Source: Myxococcota bacterium (lineage in GTDB: Bacteria > Myxococcota_A > UBA796 > SXON01). Taken from it: 64,000 bases of DNA. The notes beneath the pieces were generated by a model. It made no database searches. It saw only the letters and a list, made by a program, of their open reading frames with translations, and had not been told where the DNA came from. The stretch lies in NCBI GenBank assembly GCA_040386535.1, contig JAZKFH010000003.1, forward strand, positions 32,001 to 96,000, read 5' to 3'. A program made the translations under genes and the position numbers. Below are positions 29,091 to 39,077 of this stretch, piece after piece (within the stretch, counting starts at the first letter, position 1; each line of letters starts with the position of its first letter).

Positions 29091-29921
29091 TCACCTCCTC
29101 CAATCCACCACCCCCCTCCCCTTGTCATCCGGCTGACAAACCGGACAGAAGAACGCGTCGTGCCCATGCACCCCCGCGCTCCGGATTTTCGTGCCACACC
29201 GCGGGCACGGTTCCCCGCCCCGGTTGCGCACTGCCAGGAAATCGCGCACCTTCTCGTCCAACGGCGGGTCCCGGCGGGCGATCTCGTCCCGGGCGTCACG
29301 GAGCACCTTCACCATCGCCGCGTGCAGCCGATCCAACTGATCGGAGGAGAGGGTGCCGACAGTGGCCTTGGGGTAGATGCCCGCCTCCCACAACGTCTCG
29401 TCGGCGTAGGCGTTTCCGAAGCTGTCGATGGTGTTCTTGTCCTTGAGGAACACCTTGACCTGCTCGCGCCGCTTCTTCACGAGCGCGCCCAACGCCTCGC
29501 GGGTGAAGGCCGGGCCCAACACGTCGATGCCGACGGGGAGCAGGCCGGGCACGCCGGAGAGGTCGCCCGAAGGGACCAGGTACACCTTCCCCATCTGCAC
29601 GTCGTCGCGGTAGCGGAGCTCCTGCTCGCCGAGGCCCCACGCGACGGCGAGGTCGCCGGTGTCCTTCTGGCCCGCGGGCACGAACGAGAAGCGGCCGGCC
29701 AACATGAGGTGCACGACCATGTACCAGGCGCCGTCCAACGTCACGACGACGAAGTGGCCCATCCGGCGCACGTCCCGCACGGTGCGGCCGACGAGGACAT
29801 CGAGCGCGACCGGCGCGCGGAGCACCACCGGCTTCTTGACGCGCACCGACGTGAACGTGGCGCCCACCAGCCGCCCGGCCAGGATCGGCACCTGGTGCTC
29901 GAGGTCGGGGCGCTCAGGCAT
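29091..29921 (-). CDS. Fpg/Nei family DNA glycosylase
   Basis: N-terminal PERPDL, H2TH GNAYADE, zinc finger CPRC...CPVC. Confidence 0.9.
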   Translation of the reverse strand: MPERPDLEHQVPILAGRLVGATFTSVRVKKPVVLRAPVALDVLVGRTVRDVRRMGHFVVVTLDGAWYMVVHLMLAGRFSFVPAGQKDTGDLAVAWGLGEQELRYRDDVQMGKVYLVPSGDLSGVPGLLPVGIDVLGPAFTREALGALVKKRREQVKVFLKDKNTIDSFGNAYADETLWEAGIYPKATVGTLSSDQLDRLHAAMVKVLRDARDEIARRDPPLDEKVRDFLAVRNRGGEPCPRCGTKIRSAGVHGHDAFFCPVCQPDDKGRGVVDWRR

Positions 29922-29987
29922 GGGACGACGACGCGACGATCATCTCCGGACCCTACCACGGCCCTCCGTGGGCGATAGGTTCCCGGC

Positions 29988-31139
29988 ATGAGCACCTCCT
30001 TTCCGCCGTTCACCGAGGAGCACGAGCTCCTCCGCAAGACCGTTCGCGACTTCACCCTCACCCACCTGACGCCCCACCGCTCCGAGTGGGACCAGGCGGG
30101 GGAATGGCCCGCCCGCGAGACGTTCAAGAAGATGGCCGAGCTCGGCCTGCTCGGCATCCGCTTCCCCGAGGAGTACGGCGGCGCCGGGCTCGACTGGTGG
30201 GCGCACACCGCGATGATCGAGGAGCTGTGCCAGGCCCGCAACGGCGGCGTCGTCATGTCGATCTTCGTGCACACCGACATCAGCACGCCCGTCATCAACG
30301 AGATCGGCACCGAGGCCCAGAAGCAGCAGTGGCTGGTCCCCGCCATCCGCGGCGAGAAGATCGGCGCCCTCGGCATCACCGAGCCCGGCGCCGGCTCGGA
30401 CGTGGCCAACCTCCAGACCACCGCCCGCATCGAGGGTGATCACTTCGTCATCACCGGCGCCAAGACCTACATCACCAACGGCTCCTTCGCCGACTTCATC
30501 ATCCTCGCCGTGCGCACCGGCGATCCCGGCTTCGGCGGCGTCTCGCTCGTCATCTTCCCCACAGACACGCCCGGCTTCACCGTCGGCAAGAAGCTCGACA
30601 AGCTGGGCACCCGCTCGGTCGACAGCTCGTTGTTGCATTTCGACGAGTGCCGCGTCCCCGTCGCCAACCTGCTCGGCGCGCTCAACGGCGGCTTCGTCCA
30701 CATCATGCAGAACTTCCAAGGCGAGCGCCTCGTGGCCGCCATCATGGCCGTGAGCGGGATGGAGATCCAACTCAAGGACGCCATCGCCTACGGCCAGACC
30801 CGCCAGGCCTTCGGCAAGCCCATCGGCAAGTTCCAGGTGTGGAAGCACACCTTCGCCGACCACCTCACCGGCCTCGAAGCCGCCCGCTGGCTGACCTACC
30901 GCGCGGTCCAGAAGATCAACGCCGGCGAGGATCCCACCCTCGAGGTGTCCCAAGCCAAGCTCTTCACCGCCGACATGGCACAGAAGGTGGCCTACGACTG
31001 CCTCCAGTTCCACGGCGGCTACGGCTTCATCGAGGAGTACGACATCTGCCGCGCCTTCCGCGACGTACGCCTGCTGACGATCGGCGGGGGGACGAGCGAG
31101 GTGATGAAGGAGATCATCGGGAAGTGGTCGGGGTTGTGA
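29988..31139 (+). CDS. Acyl-CoA dehydrogenase
   Basis: ITEPGAGSDV, GAKTYITNG, RQAFGKPI, QFHGGYG, IGGGTSE. Confidence 0.95.
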   Translation: MSTSFPPFTEEHELLRKTVRDFTLTHLTPHRSEWDQAGEWPARETFKKMAELGLLGIRFPEEYGGAGLDWWAHTAMIEELCQARNGGVVMSIFVHTDISTPVINEIGTEAQKQQWLVPAIRGEKIGALGITEPGAGSDVANLQTTARIEGDHFVITGAKTYITNGSFADFIILAVRTGDPGFGGVSLVIFPTDTPGFTVGKKLDKLGTRSVDSSLLHFDECRVPVANLLGALNGGFVHIMQNFQGERLVAAIMAVSGMEIQLKDAIAYGQTRQAFGKPIGKFQVWKHTFADHLTGLEAARWLTYRAVQKINAGEDPTLEVSQAKLFTADMAQKVAYDCLQFHGGYGFIEEYDICRAFRDVRLLTIGGGTSEVMKEIIGKWSGL

Positions 31140-31341
31140 CATTGGGTGCGCGGGGCGCGCCCCCGGCCGCGGACGGCCGGGGCCGGACCGCTCCGGGGTC
31201 GCCCTTCGGGCTCCGTCGGCGCGTCCGGCCGCCCTGCCGGGCGGCCGGGGCGCCGGACCGCGGCAGCCTCTCGGCCGCCGCGCCCTCCGCGCTCCTCGCG
31301 CGGGGAACGACCTGCACCCCAGGAACTTCATCGCCGAGGGC

Positions 31342-34300
31342 CTACGTCGCCGTCCCGAATACATCTTCCCGATACCGCCCGGACTCCACCAACCCCTGGA
31401 GCCAGCGCTCGGCGCCCTCGGCGTCACCGCCCGTGTGGTGCCGCCACACCGACTGGAAGGCCTTGCGGACACCCGGGGCCATGTAGGCGCCGTCCCCGCT
31501 CACGAGCACGACGGCGTCGCGCTCGAGGAGCTCCCAGACCGCGTCGCCGCGCTCCTCGATGCGGGCCTGGACGAAGACCATGCCGGCGCCCGGGACGTGC
31601 GAGCACGCCGGGATCACGCGGGTGACACCCTGCGCTTCCATGAGCTTGAGCTCGTCCTCGTAGAGGAAGTCGTGGTCGGGGCGGCGGAAGCCGAAGAACA
31701 GCAGCGAGGGGCCCAGCGGCTGGCCGCGGGCGCGCATCACCGTGCGCTCCAGCAACACGCCGCGCAGGGGCGCGATCCCGGTGCCGGCGCCTACGAGGAG
31801 CAGCGGCAGGGCGGGGTCGATCGGGGCCGAGAACGCGGGTGAGCTACGCACGAAGGCGTGGATGTAGCTGCCTTCCGGGCGGGTACCGAGGTAGGTCGAG
31901 CACACCCCGGCGTAGGTCCCGTGGCCCCGGCGCGCGGGCGCGTCCACGACGCTGACGGTGAGGCTGCAGCTCCGCGCGTCGACGAGCGGGGACGAAGAGA
32001 TCGAGTAGTACCGGGGCCGCAGCGGCGCGAGCATCGAGAGGAACGTGCCGAGCGGCAGCCGGCAGGCCGGCGCCTCCTCGAGCAGATCGAGCACCGTCCG
32101 GTGCGGCTCGAGGACCCAGGCGCGGTAGCGCGCGACCGAGTCGACGTCGTCTCCGGCGAGCAGCTCCAGCTTGCGGCGCGTGTGCGGACAGGGCGTGTGC
32201 TCCGCGAGCACGCGGATCTGCGGCCGGGTGGCGCGGTCGTGGAGCTCCACGTACTGCATGAAGAGGAGCGCGGCGCCGACCGGCTCCGCCGGGAACGAGG
32301 TGGGGCCGGCGGGCGCGCAGGTCACGCGGAGGCGCGCGTCGAGGGTGAGGCCGAAGCGGGCGAGCGCGCGCTCTACGAGCGCGGGGGAGTTGTGAGGGAT
32401 GACGCCCACGTGGTCGCCGGCGCGCCAGGACGTGCCGTCGGGCAGCTCCAGCTCGAGGTGGTGCGTGGAGCGCTCCGACGGGTCGGGCCCTGCGCGGCGC
32501 TGGAGCTCCCGGTTCACGCGCACGCAGAAGGGTCGGGCCCCGAACGTGCGGACGAAGGGGTTGGGCACGGGCTCCGGGAGCACGTGCACGGTGACGGCGG
32601 GCGGCGCCTCGACGGCGTCCCGCGGGCGGGCCTCCACCCCGAACGTGGCGCCGAGCGCGCCCCAGAGCTTGCCCTCCCAGCCGCGGAAGTCGCCGTCGAG
32701 GTCGTCGCGCGCGTCGCCGATGCCGCGAGGGACCAGGCGCTGTCCGCCCAGCGCCGCGAGGCGCTCGTCGATCCGGCGGGGGACGGCCTGGAACGTGGAC
32801 GCCCAGTCCCTGTGCCCGCACCCGAACACCGCGTAGCGGACGCCCCGCGCCGCGTCGCCGCGCTGCTCGTCGAGCCAGGCGCAGAAGCGCGTCGCGTTGT
32901 CCGGCGGGGTGCCGTTGTAGGTCGAGCACACGATCACGACGGCGCCGTCGCGCGGCAGGGCCCCGACCGCGTCGTCGAGCGCGCCCGCGCGCGCCGCCCA
33001 CCCTCGCTCGCGCCCGGCCTCGGCGAAGCGCCGCGCGAACCCCTCGGAGGTGCCGAGGTTCGAGCCGAACAGCAACAGGAGCGGCGTGGCGTGGGTCGGC
33101 ACATCGAGGCGCGGCGCCTCCTGGCGGGGCGGGGCGGGCGCCTCCGCGGGGCGGGGAACCGCCGACTGGACGCGCCGGCGCACCACGAGCCGCAGCCCAT
33201 CGGGCTTGATCCCGCCGGCCTGCCGGAGTCGCAGGCGGTACCCGACCGGATCGACGAGGTCGAAACGTTGGAGGATCTTCGCGAGGGCGAGGGTCGCCTC
33301 CTGCATCGCGAAGTTGCGGCCGAGGCACGCGCGTTGGCCCGTGCCGAAGGGCATCCACGCGGCGGGGGGACGCGCGGCCTCGGCCTCGGGGTCGAAGCGG
33401 GACGGGTCGAAGCGCTCGGGGTCCGGGCCCCACACGGCGGGGTCGCGGTGCACGAGCGGGAGGAGCACACGCACGTCGTCCTCGGGCGTGATCGCCCACT
33501 TCCCGCCGAGCACCGTGGGGGCGCGGGGGCGGCGCGAGAACACCGACGCGGGCGGGTACAGGCGGAGCGCCTCCATCAGCACCTGCCGCACCTGGCGGAG
33601 CTGTCGCAGCTGCGCCGCGGTGGGCGCGGCGTCCACGTCGCCGCCCAGCACGGCGTCGACCTCGTCGCGCGCGCGGCTGCGGGCCTGCTCCTCGCGCAAC
33701 AGCAACGCGATCGTGAACGACAGGAGCGCGCTCGTCGTCTCGTGGCCGGCGATGAGGAAGGTGACAACCTGGTAGCGGATGTTCTCGTCCGAGAGGTGCT
33801 CGCCCGTGCGCGGATCCTGGGCCCACAGCGCCACGTCGAGGACGTCGCGCGGCGGCCCGGCGGGTGTGCCCGCGGCGCGGCGCTCGGCGATCAGCCGGTC
33901 GACGAGCGCGTACATCCCCTGCACGGCCGCCTCGAACCGCGCCTCGGCGTCGGGCGGCAGGGGCCGCGCGAACTGCCGCGCCTGCCCGATCGCGAGGGCC
34001 TCCGCGACCTGCTCGGCGAAGGGATGCGGCCGCTCCCGGTAGAAGGAGTTGAGGCGGTAGTCGAAGGCGCACAGGCACACGGTCTCGAGCGCGAACCGGA
34101 CGAGATCGTCGAGGACGTCGATCTCTTCGCCGGGGTTCAGCCGCTGCCACTTGAGGAGCAGCTGCTGCGTGGTGTCCCACATCTCGGGCAAGAACGCGCC
34201 GACCGGACCCGGCGCGAAAGCCGGCAGGAGCACACGATGGGCGCGGCCCCAGGCCGGCTCGTCCGTGTCCGCGGTGAAGAGCCCGTCGCCCGCGAAGCGA

Positions 34301-34551
34301 CGCGCCTCCGTGAGCGCGCGGATGCTCTTGTCGAAGCGCGCGTCCTCACACACCTCCGTCGCGAGGGCGACGGTCGAGACGTAGAGCACGCGGTGGCCGT
34401 CGGGGTCGATCGTCTCGAGCACGGGGCCCGCGCGGGACGCCGCCGCGACCAGCTCCTGGATGGGGGTCGGGGGCTCGCCCGGCATCGGCGCGCCTCCCCA
34501 GGAGAACGCGGCCGTGTCGGACTCCGTGGGGCGGTCCTCTTCCTCGTTCAC
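31342..34551 (-). CDS. Bifunctional cytochrome P450/NADPH-P450 reductase (CYP102 family)
   Basis: GDGLFT, AGHETT, FGTGQRACLG, FMN loop GSNLGTS, RYYSISS, GAGTGIAP; GTG start (alternative ATG at 34485). Confidence 0.93.
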   Translation of the reverse strand: MNEEEDRPTESDTAAFSWGGAPMPGEPPTPIQELVAAASRAGPVLETIDPDGHRVLYVSTVALATEVCEDARFDKSIRALTEARRFAGDGLFTADTDEPAWGRAHRVLLPAFAPGPVGAFLPEMWDTTQQLLLKWQRLNPGEEIDVLDDLVRFALETVCLCAFDYRLNSFYRERPHPFAEQVAEALAIGQARQFARPLPPDAEARFEAAVQGMYALVDRLIAERRAAGTPAGPPRDVLDVALWAQDPRTGEHLSDENIRYQVVTFLIAGHETTSALLSFTIALLLREEQARSRARDEVDAVLGGDVDAAPTAAQLRQLRQVRQVLMEALRLYPPASVFSRRPRAPTVLGGKWAITPEDDVRVLLPLVHRDPAVWGPDPERFDPSRFDPEAEAARPPAAWMPFGTGQRACLGRNFAMQEATLALAKILQRFDLVDPVGYRLRLRQAGGIKPDGLRLVVRRRVQSAVPRPAEAPAPPRQEAPRLDVPTHATPLLLLFGSNLGTSEGFARRFAEAGRERGWAARAGALDDAVGALPRDGAVVIVCSTYNGTPPDNATRFCAWLDEQRGDAARGVRYAVFGCGHRDWASTFQAVPRRIDERLAALGGQRLVPRGIGDARDDLDGDFRGWEGKLWGALGATFGVEARPRDAVEAPPAVTVHVLPEPVPNPFVRTFGARPFCVRVNRELQRRAGPDPSERSTHHLELELPDGTSWRAGDHVGVIPHNSPALVERALARFGLTLDARLRVTCAPAGPTSFPAEPVGAALLFMQYVELHDRATRPQIRVLAEHTPCPHTRRKLELLAGDDVDSVARYRAWVLEPHRTVLDLLEEAPACRLPLGTFLSMLAPLRPRYYSISSSPLVDARSCSLTVSVVDAPARRGHGTYAGVCSTYLGTRPEGSYIHAFVRSSPAFSAPIDPALPLLLVGAGTGIAPLRGVLLERTVMRARGQPLGPSLLFFGFRRPDHDFLYEDELKLMEAQGVTRVIPACSHVPGAGMVFVQARIEERGDAVWELLERDAVVLVSGDGAYMAPGVRKAFQSVWRHHTGGDAEGAERWLQGLVESGRYREDVFGTAT

Positions 34552-34677
34552 AGGCTCCTCACGCTTCGACGGAGCTAGTCACCGGGGGGCGGGGAGCGAG
34601 CGCGCCGGCCGCCAGCCTGGCTTACCCCAAGCGCTGGCGGGTAGGAGCTCCCTGGGAACCCCTACCCCCGGACCTCA

Positions 34678-37587
34678 CTACTTGCCGATGTTGGACTGCG
34701 CGGCGGCGTTCACGAGCGCGGTCCGCTCCGCCTGCGTGATCGTACCGGCCGAACGCAGCGTGTTGGTCGTGTGCGTGACGCAGCTCACGTAGGCGCCGTG
34801 GTTCTTCCAGCTCGCCGTCGGCGAGCAGGTCTGCGCGGCCGAGCAGCCGTTGGTCAGGACCGGGGTGCGCGCCGGCGTGGCGGCGCACACGTCGCTTGCG
34901 TCCGAGACCCCGTCGCCGTCGTCGTCGGCGTCGCAAACGTCGCCGGTGCCGTCGCGGTCGGTGTCGGCCTGCGCGGCGTTCGCCGCGTAGTCGCAGTTGT
35001 CCGTGTCGTCGACGATGCCGTCACCGTCGCTGTCCGGCTCGCACAGGTTGCCGATGCCGTCGTGATCCGCGTCGGACTGGTCGGGGTTGGCGAGTCCCTC
35101 GCAGTTGTCGTCGCTCTCGCAGAGCCCGTCGCCATCGGCGTCGTTCTCGGGATCGACGGGACAGGCGTCGCGACAGTCCACGGCCCCGTCGGTGTCGGTG
35201 TCGAGGAAGTCGTCGGCGCCCGCACAGATGTCATCGCGATCGCAGGAGCCGTCGGCGTCGCTGTCGTCGTTCGCGTCGAGCGGGCAGATGTCCGACTCGC
35301 CGCAGACGCCGTCGAAGTCGGCGTCGTTGGTCGGGTCGTACGGGCAGAGCGTGTCGCACGCGTCGGGGATCGTGTCCGCGTCGGCGTCCGCGCGGTCGTC
35401 GCCGAGGCACACGTCGACATCGCCACACACGCCGTCGGCGTCGGCGTCGTTCGCCGTGTCGAGGGGGCAGAGGTCGCACGCGTCGGCGATGTCGTCGGTG
35501 TCGATGTCGGACAGATCGTCGCCGAGCGCGCAGACGTCGTCGCTGTTGCACACGGTGTCACCGTCGACGTCGTCAGCGCCCGCGCCGTCGTCGAAGTCGT
35601 GGGGGCAGGCGTCCTCGGCGGTGCAGAGGGTGTCGCCGTCCTGGTCGTTCAGCGCGTCGCCCGGACAGATGTCGCACGCGTCCGGGGCCAGATCGCCGTC
35701 GTCGTCGATAAAATCGCTGCCGTCGGGGCAGACGTCTACATCATCGGTCGCGCCGTCGCCGTCGGTGTCGTCCAGGCAGCCGTCGTCGTTGGTGTCCCAG
35801 CCGGAGGCATCCTCCGCGGGACAGAAGTCCAGGTCGTCGGTGAGCCCGTCCGCGTCGGTGTCGTCGAGGCAGCCGTCGAAGTCGGCGTCCCAGCCGGTGG
35901 CGTCCTCCGCGTCGCACTGGTCGGCGTTGTCGCCGACGGAGTCGCCGTCGCTGTCGACGGTCTCGCCGGCATCGCGCGGGAACGTGTCCGTCGCGTCGCC
36001 GACCCCATCGCCGTCCGTGTCGCGCTGCTCGGACGCATCGAGCGGGAACGCGTCGTGGTCGTCGATGGTCCCGTCCCCGTCGGAGTCGGCCTCGCACCCA
36101 TCGCCGATGCCGTCCTCGTCCAGGTCGGCCTGATCGGTGTTCTCGACGTCCTCGCAGTTGTCCTCGCTCTCGCACCAGCCATCCAGATCCGCGTCGTTCT
36201 CGGCGTCGTCCGGGCAGAGGTCGCACGAGCCGATCCCGTCACCGTCGGGAACGCCGTCGGCGTCAGCGTCCAGGCCGTCGTCCCACCCTTCGCAGCGGTC
36301 GAGCTCGTCGGGCACGAGGTCGTCGTCGCCATCGCGCGTGTAGTCGGCGTCGAAGGGGAAGTCGTCCAGGTCGTCGATCGTGCCGTCGCCGTCGGAGTCG
36401 GCCTCGCAGAGGTCGCCCACCCCGTCGGCGTCCGCGTCCGCCTGGTCGTCGTTCTCGATGTCCTCGCAGTTGTCCTCGGACTCGCACCAGCCGTCCACGT
36501 CGGCGTCGTTCTCGGAGTCGAGGGGACAGAGGTCGCAACCCGTCGGGACGCCGTCGGCGTCGGGATCGATGGTGTCGTCGGAGCCGGCGCACACGTCGTC
36601 GGCGTCGGGCACGCCGTCGTCGTCGGCGTCGACGTTGTCGATGCAGCCGTCGTCATCGGCGTCCTGGCCCGTGGCGTTCACGGTCGGACAGGCGTCCGTG
36701 CTGTTGGGGACGCCGTCGTTGTCGGTGTCGCCCGGGGTGTAGTTGAGCACGCCGTTGTCGCCGGAGCCCTCGAGCGAGTTGGAGAGCCCGTTGTTGCCGT
36801 AGGGGCCGGGCACCTTGCCGGTGGTGGTGCTGACGCCGGGAACGACGGCCTCGACGCCGTCGAAGATGCCATCGCCGTCGCTGTCGAGGTCGAGGTCGTC
36901 GGTGAGGTGGTCGCCGTCCGTGTCGCGCCCGCAAACGGGCGTGAAGGTGATCCCGTCGAGGAGGTTGCCTGTCGAGGCGCCGGCGAACGCGAAGCGCGTC
37001 GTCGTCTGGCCCGCGGGCACCGTGTAGATGCCGCTGAGGAAGCGCCACCCGTTGGCGGGCTTGAGGGTGTCCTGGAGGATGACGGGCAGGGCGCCAGCGG
37101 GGGCGCCTGCCTTGAATTGCATCGTCTCGGTGGTGTTGCGGGCCCGGTGGTAGATGCCGTAGGTGTAGGACGTGCCGGGGACGGTGGGGACGTCCTGGTA
37201 GAGGGTGGCGACCTGGTTTGCGTTGAGCTCGGCGACCTGCCGTCCGTCGGCGGCGGTGACGTTCTGGAAGCCGTTGGCCCAGATCTCGATTTTCCTGTCA
37301 GTCGCCGTCGTCGTCCAGCCGGGCACGAGGCTCTCGTCGATGATCAGGCCGGTGCCACTCGCGGTCGCCGGGACCTCGAAGCTCCCGTTGATGAGCGAGA
37401 TGTCGGCCGTGACACACTCGAGCTGGTCCGGCAGGCCGTCGTTGTCGTCGTCGAGGTCGGCGGCGTCCTGGATGCCGTCGCCGTCGGAGTCCGCGGCGAA
37501 CGCGGGCGTGGCGGCGCAGAGGCCGACCAGGGTGAGCAACCCGAAACGGCGCGAGAAGGGGGAAGGGACGAGCTTCGAGATGCGCAT
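34678..37587 (-). CDS. Secreted thrombospondin type-3 repeat (Ca-binding) protein
   Basis: Signal peptide ending AFA; dozens of DxDxDGxxDxxDxCP repeats; C-terminal WKNHGAYVSCV. Confidence 0.88.
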   Translation of the reverse strand: MRISKLVPSPFSRRFGLLTLVGLCAATPAFAADSDGDGIQDAADLDDDNDGLPDQLECVTADISLINGSFEVPATASGTGLIIDESLVPGWTTTATDRKIEIWANGFQNVTAADGRQVAELNANQVATLYQDVPTVPGTSYTYGIYHRARNTTETMQFKAGAPAGALPVILQDTLKPANGWRFLSGIYTVPAGQTTTRFAFAGASTGNLLDGITFTPVCGRDTDGDHLTDDLDLDSDGDGIFDGVEAVVPGVSTTTGKVPGPYGNNGLSNSLEGSGDNGVLNYTPGDTDNDGVPNSTDACPTVNATGQDADDDGCIDNVDADDDGVPDADDVCAGSDDTIDPDADGVPTGCDLCPLDSENDADVDGWCESEDNCEDIENDDQADADADGVGDLCEADSDGDGTIDDLDDFPFDADYTRDGDDDLVPDELDRCEGWDDGLDADADGVPDGDGIGSCDLCPDDAENDADLDGWCESEDNCEDVENTDQADLDEDGIGDGCEADSDGDGTIDDHDAFPLDASEQRDTDGDGVGDATDTFPRDAGETVDSDGDSVGDNADQCDAEDATGWDADFDGCLDDTDADGLTDDLDFCPAEDASGWDTNDDGCLDDTDGDGATDDVDVCPDGSDFIDDDGDLAPDACDICPGDALNDQDGDTLCTAEDACPHDFDDGAGADDVDGDTVCNSDDVCALGDDLSDIDTDDIADACDLCPLDTANDADADGVCGDVDVCLGDDRADADADTIPDACDTLCPYDPTNDADFDGVCGESDICPLDANDDSDADGSCDRDDICAGADDFLDTDTDGAVDCRDACPVDPENDADGDGLCESDDNCEGLANPDQSDADHDGIGNLCEPDSDGDGIVDDTDNCDYAANAAQADTDRDGTGDVCDADDDGDGVSDASDVCAATPARTPVLTNGCSAAQTCSPTASWKNHGAYVSCVTHTTNTLRSAGTITQAERTALVNAAAQSNIGK

Positions 37588-37694
37588 GCACTCTCCTGGT
37601 ACGGGGGAGACCGCCGGAGGGCCGGGGTCATCGCGAGTACCGGTGCAGGTCGCGCTTCGTTACCAGATGTCTCGAAGTTTCTCGGACGTCGGCG

Positions 37695-39077
37695 CTACGG
37701 CGGGGCGCCGAGGTCGGAGATCGCGAGGCCGAAGGTGTAGTATCCGAGCGGTGTCGCGTAGCGCTCGCACGCTTCCCACCGGCCGACGCCGGTCTGGGAA
37801 CACACGAGCAGGTCCAGGGCGCTCGACGCGACGAGCTCCAACACGCCGTCGTCGTCCAGGTCTGCCAGGGTCGCGTCATGGAACGCCAGCGTCCGGTCGC
37901 CGAACGCGTCCGCACAGGTGTACCCCCCCGCCCCGTCGCCGAGGCACAACCGGGGCATCGTCCCCTCGTTCACGCAGAGGACGTCGAGGTCGCCGCGCCC
38001 GTCCGCGTCGACGTACACGGGCGGCCCGCAGTCCGGGACGGGCTGGGTGCAGGCGTCGAGTCGTGCCTCCCCCACCCCGCGGCACTCCGACCAGCCTTCC
38101 TCATCGAGGACCAGCTCCTCGATGCCGTCGCCGTCGAGGTCAATCCCCTCCACCGTCGCCCACAGGTGCTCGCCGCCGGGGCGCGCGACGCAAGCATCGA
38201 ACCCTGCCGCGCCGTCGTTCTCACACCACACGAGCTCCGCGGAGCTGCGATTGACCGACGCGAGGTCGAGGTCGCCGTCCTGGTCCACGTCCACGACGCT
38301 CACGGTGGCCGCGTGCGCAAAGGGCAGGTCGGCGCAGCTGTAGCCGCCTGTCACCACCTGGAGGCACGCCTGCGCCCGCTCCCCGTAGGTGGTCCCCGGG
38401 ACGACCACGTCCACGAGGCCGTCGCCGTCGAGGTCGCCGAGGCGCAGCTCGCCGTCACCGTCGCCCGTGTAGCTGGAGCGGCCCGGGAAGAGGTCCGTGC
38501 ACGCGAGCCGATAGCCGTCGATCGGGCAGATCTGGGAGGCGAAGGTGTTGAAGGGGCCGACGAGGAGCTCGGGGACGAGGTCGCCGTCGACGTCCCCGAG
38601 GCTGTTCACGCCCGAGCCGCCCGCGTGGGCGTCCCGGCAGTCGAGGCCCTCTGCGCTCCCCCAGCAGACGGCCGCGTCGTCTCGCGGGTCGACCGGCAGG
38701 AGCACGATCTCCCGGTAGCCGTCCCCGGGGAGCGCGCAGTCCTCGTCGAGGTCGTCCGCGTCCCCGTCGCAGTCGGTGTCGCGCCCATCGGTGCAGTTCT
38801 CGTGCGCCCCGGGCCAGCTCGCGGGCCACGTGTCGTCACAATCGGCCGCATGGTCCCAGCCGTCCCCGTCCAGGTCGTCGTCCGGCGTCTCCGGCGTGCA
38901 GTCGTCGTCGACCTGGTTGTAGGCGAGCTCGGCGGCGTCGGGGGCCGCGGCGGGGTTGGCGTCGTCGCAGTCGCCCTCGGCCGGCGAGAAGCCGTCGCCG
39001 TCGCTGTCGCGCTCCACGAGGGCGGGTCGGAGCGCCTCGTTGGAGAGCGAGAGGCACGCCCCGAGGAGCAGGATCAC
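37695..39077 (-). CDS. Lipoprotein with DxDGDG..DCDD putative metal-binding repeats and FG-GAP repeats
   Basis: GTG overlapping the upstream stop; LLGAC; DSDGDGFSPAEGDCDD, YNQVDDDC, GDLDGDGLVD. Confidence 0.8.
   Translation of the reverse strand: MILLLGACLSLSNEALRPALVERDSDGDGFSPAEGDCDDANPAAAPDAAELAYNQVDDDCTPETPDDDLDGDGWDHAADCDDTWPASWPGAHENCTDGRDTDCDGDADDLDEDCALPGDGYREIVLLPVDPRDDAAVCWGSAEGLDCRDAHAGGSGVNSLGDVDGDLVPELLVGPFNTFASQICPIDGYRLACTDLFPGRSSYTGDGDGELRLGDLDGDGLVDVVVPGTTYGERAQACLQVVTGGYSCADLPFAHAATVSVVDVDQDGDLDLASVNRSSAELVWCENDGAAGFDACVARPGGEHLWATVEGIDLDGDGIEELVLDEEGWSECRGVGEARLDACTQPVPDCGPPVYVDADGRGDLDVLCVNEGTMPRLCLGDGAGGYTCADAFGDRTLAFHDATLADLDDDGVLELVASSALDLLVCSQTGVGRWEACERYATPLGYYTFGLAISDLGAPP

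Noticed and set aside
31140..31341. Structured ncRNA in the GC-rich gap between convergent genes
   Set aside because: Hairpins are expected at this very high GC content, and no recognisable family motif is present.
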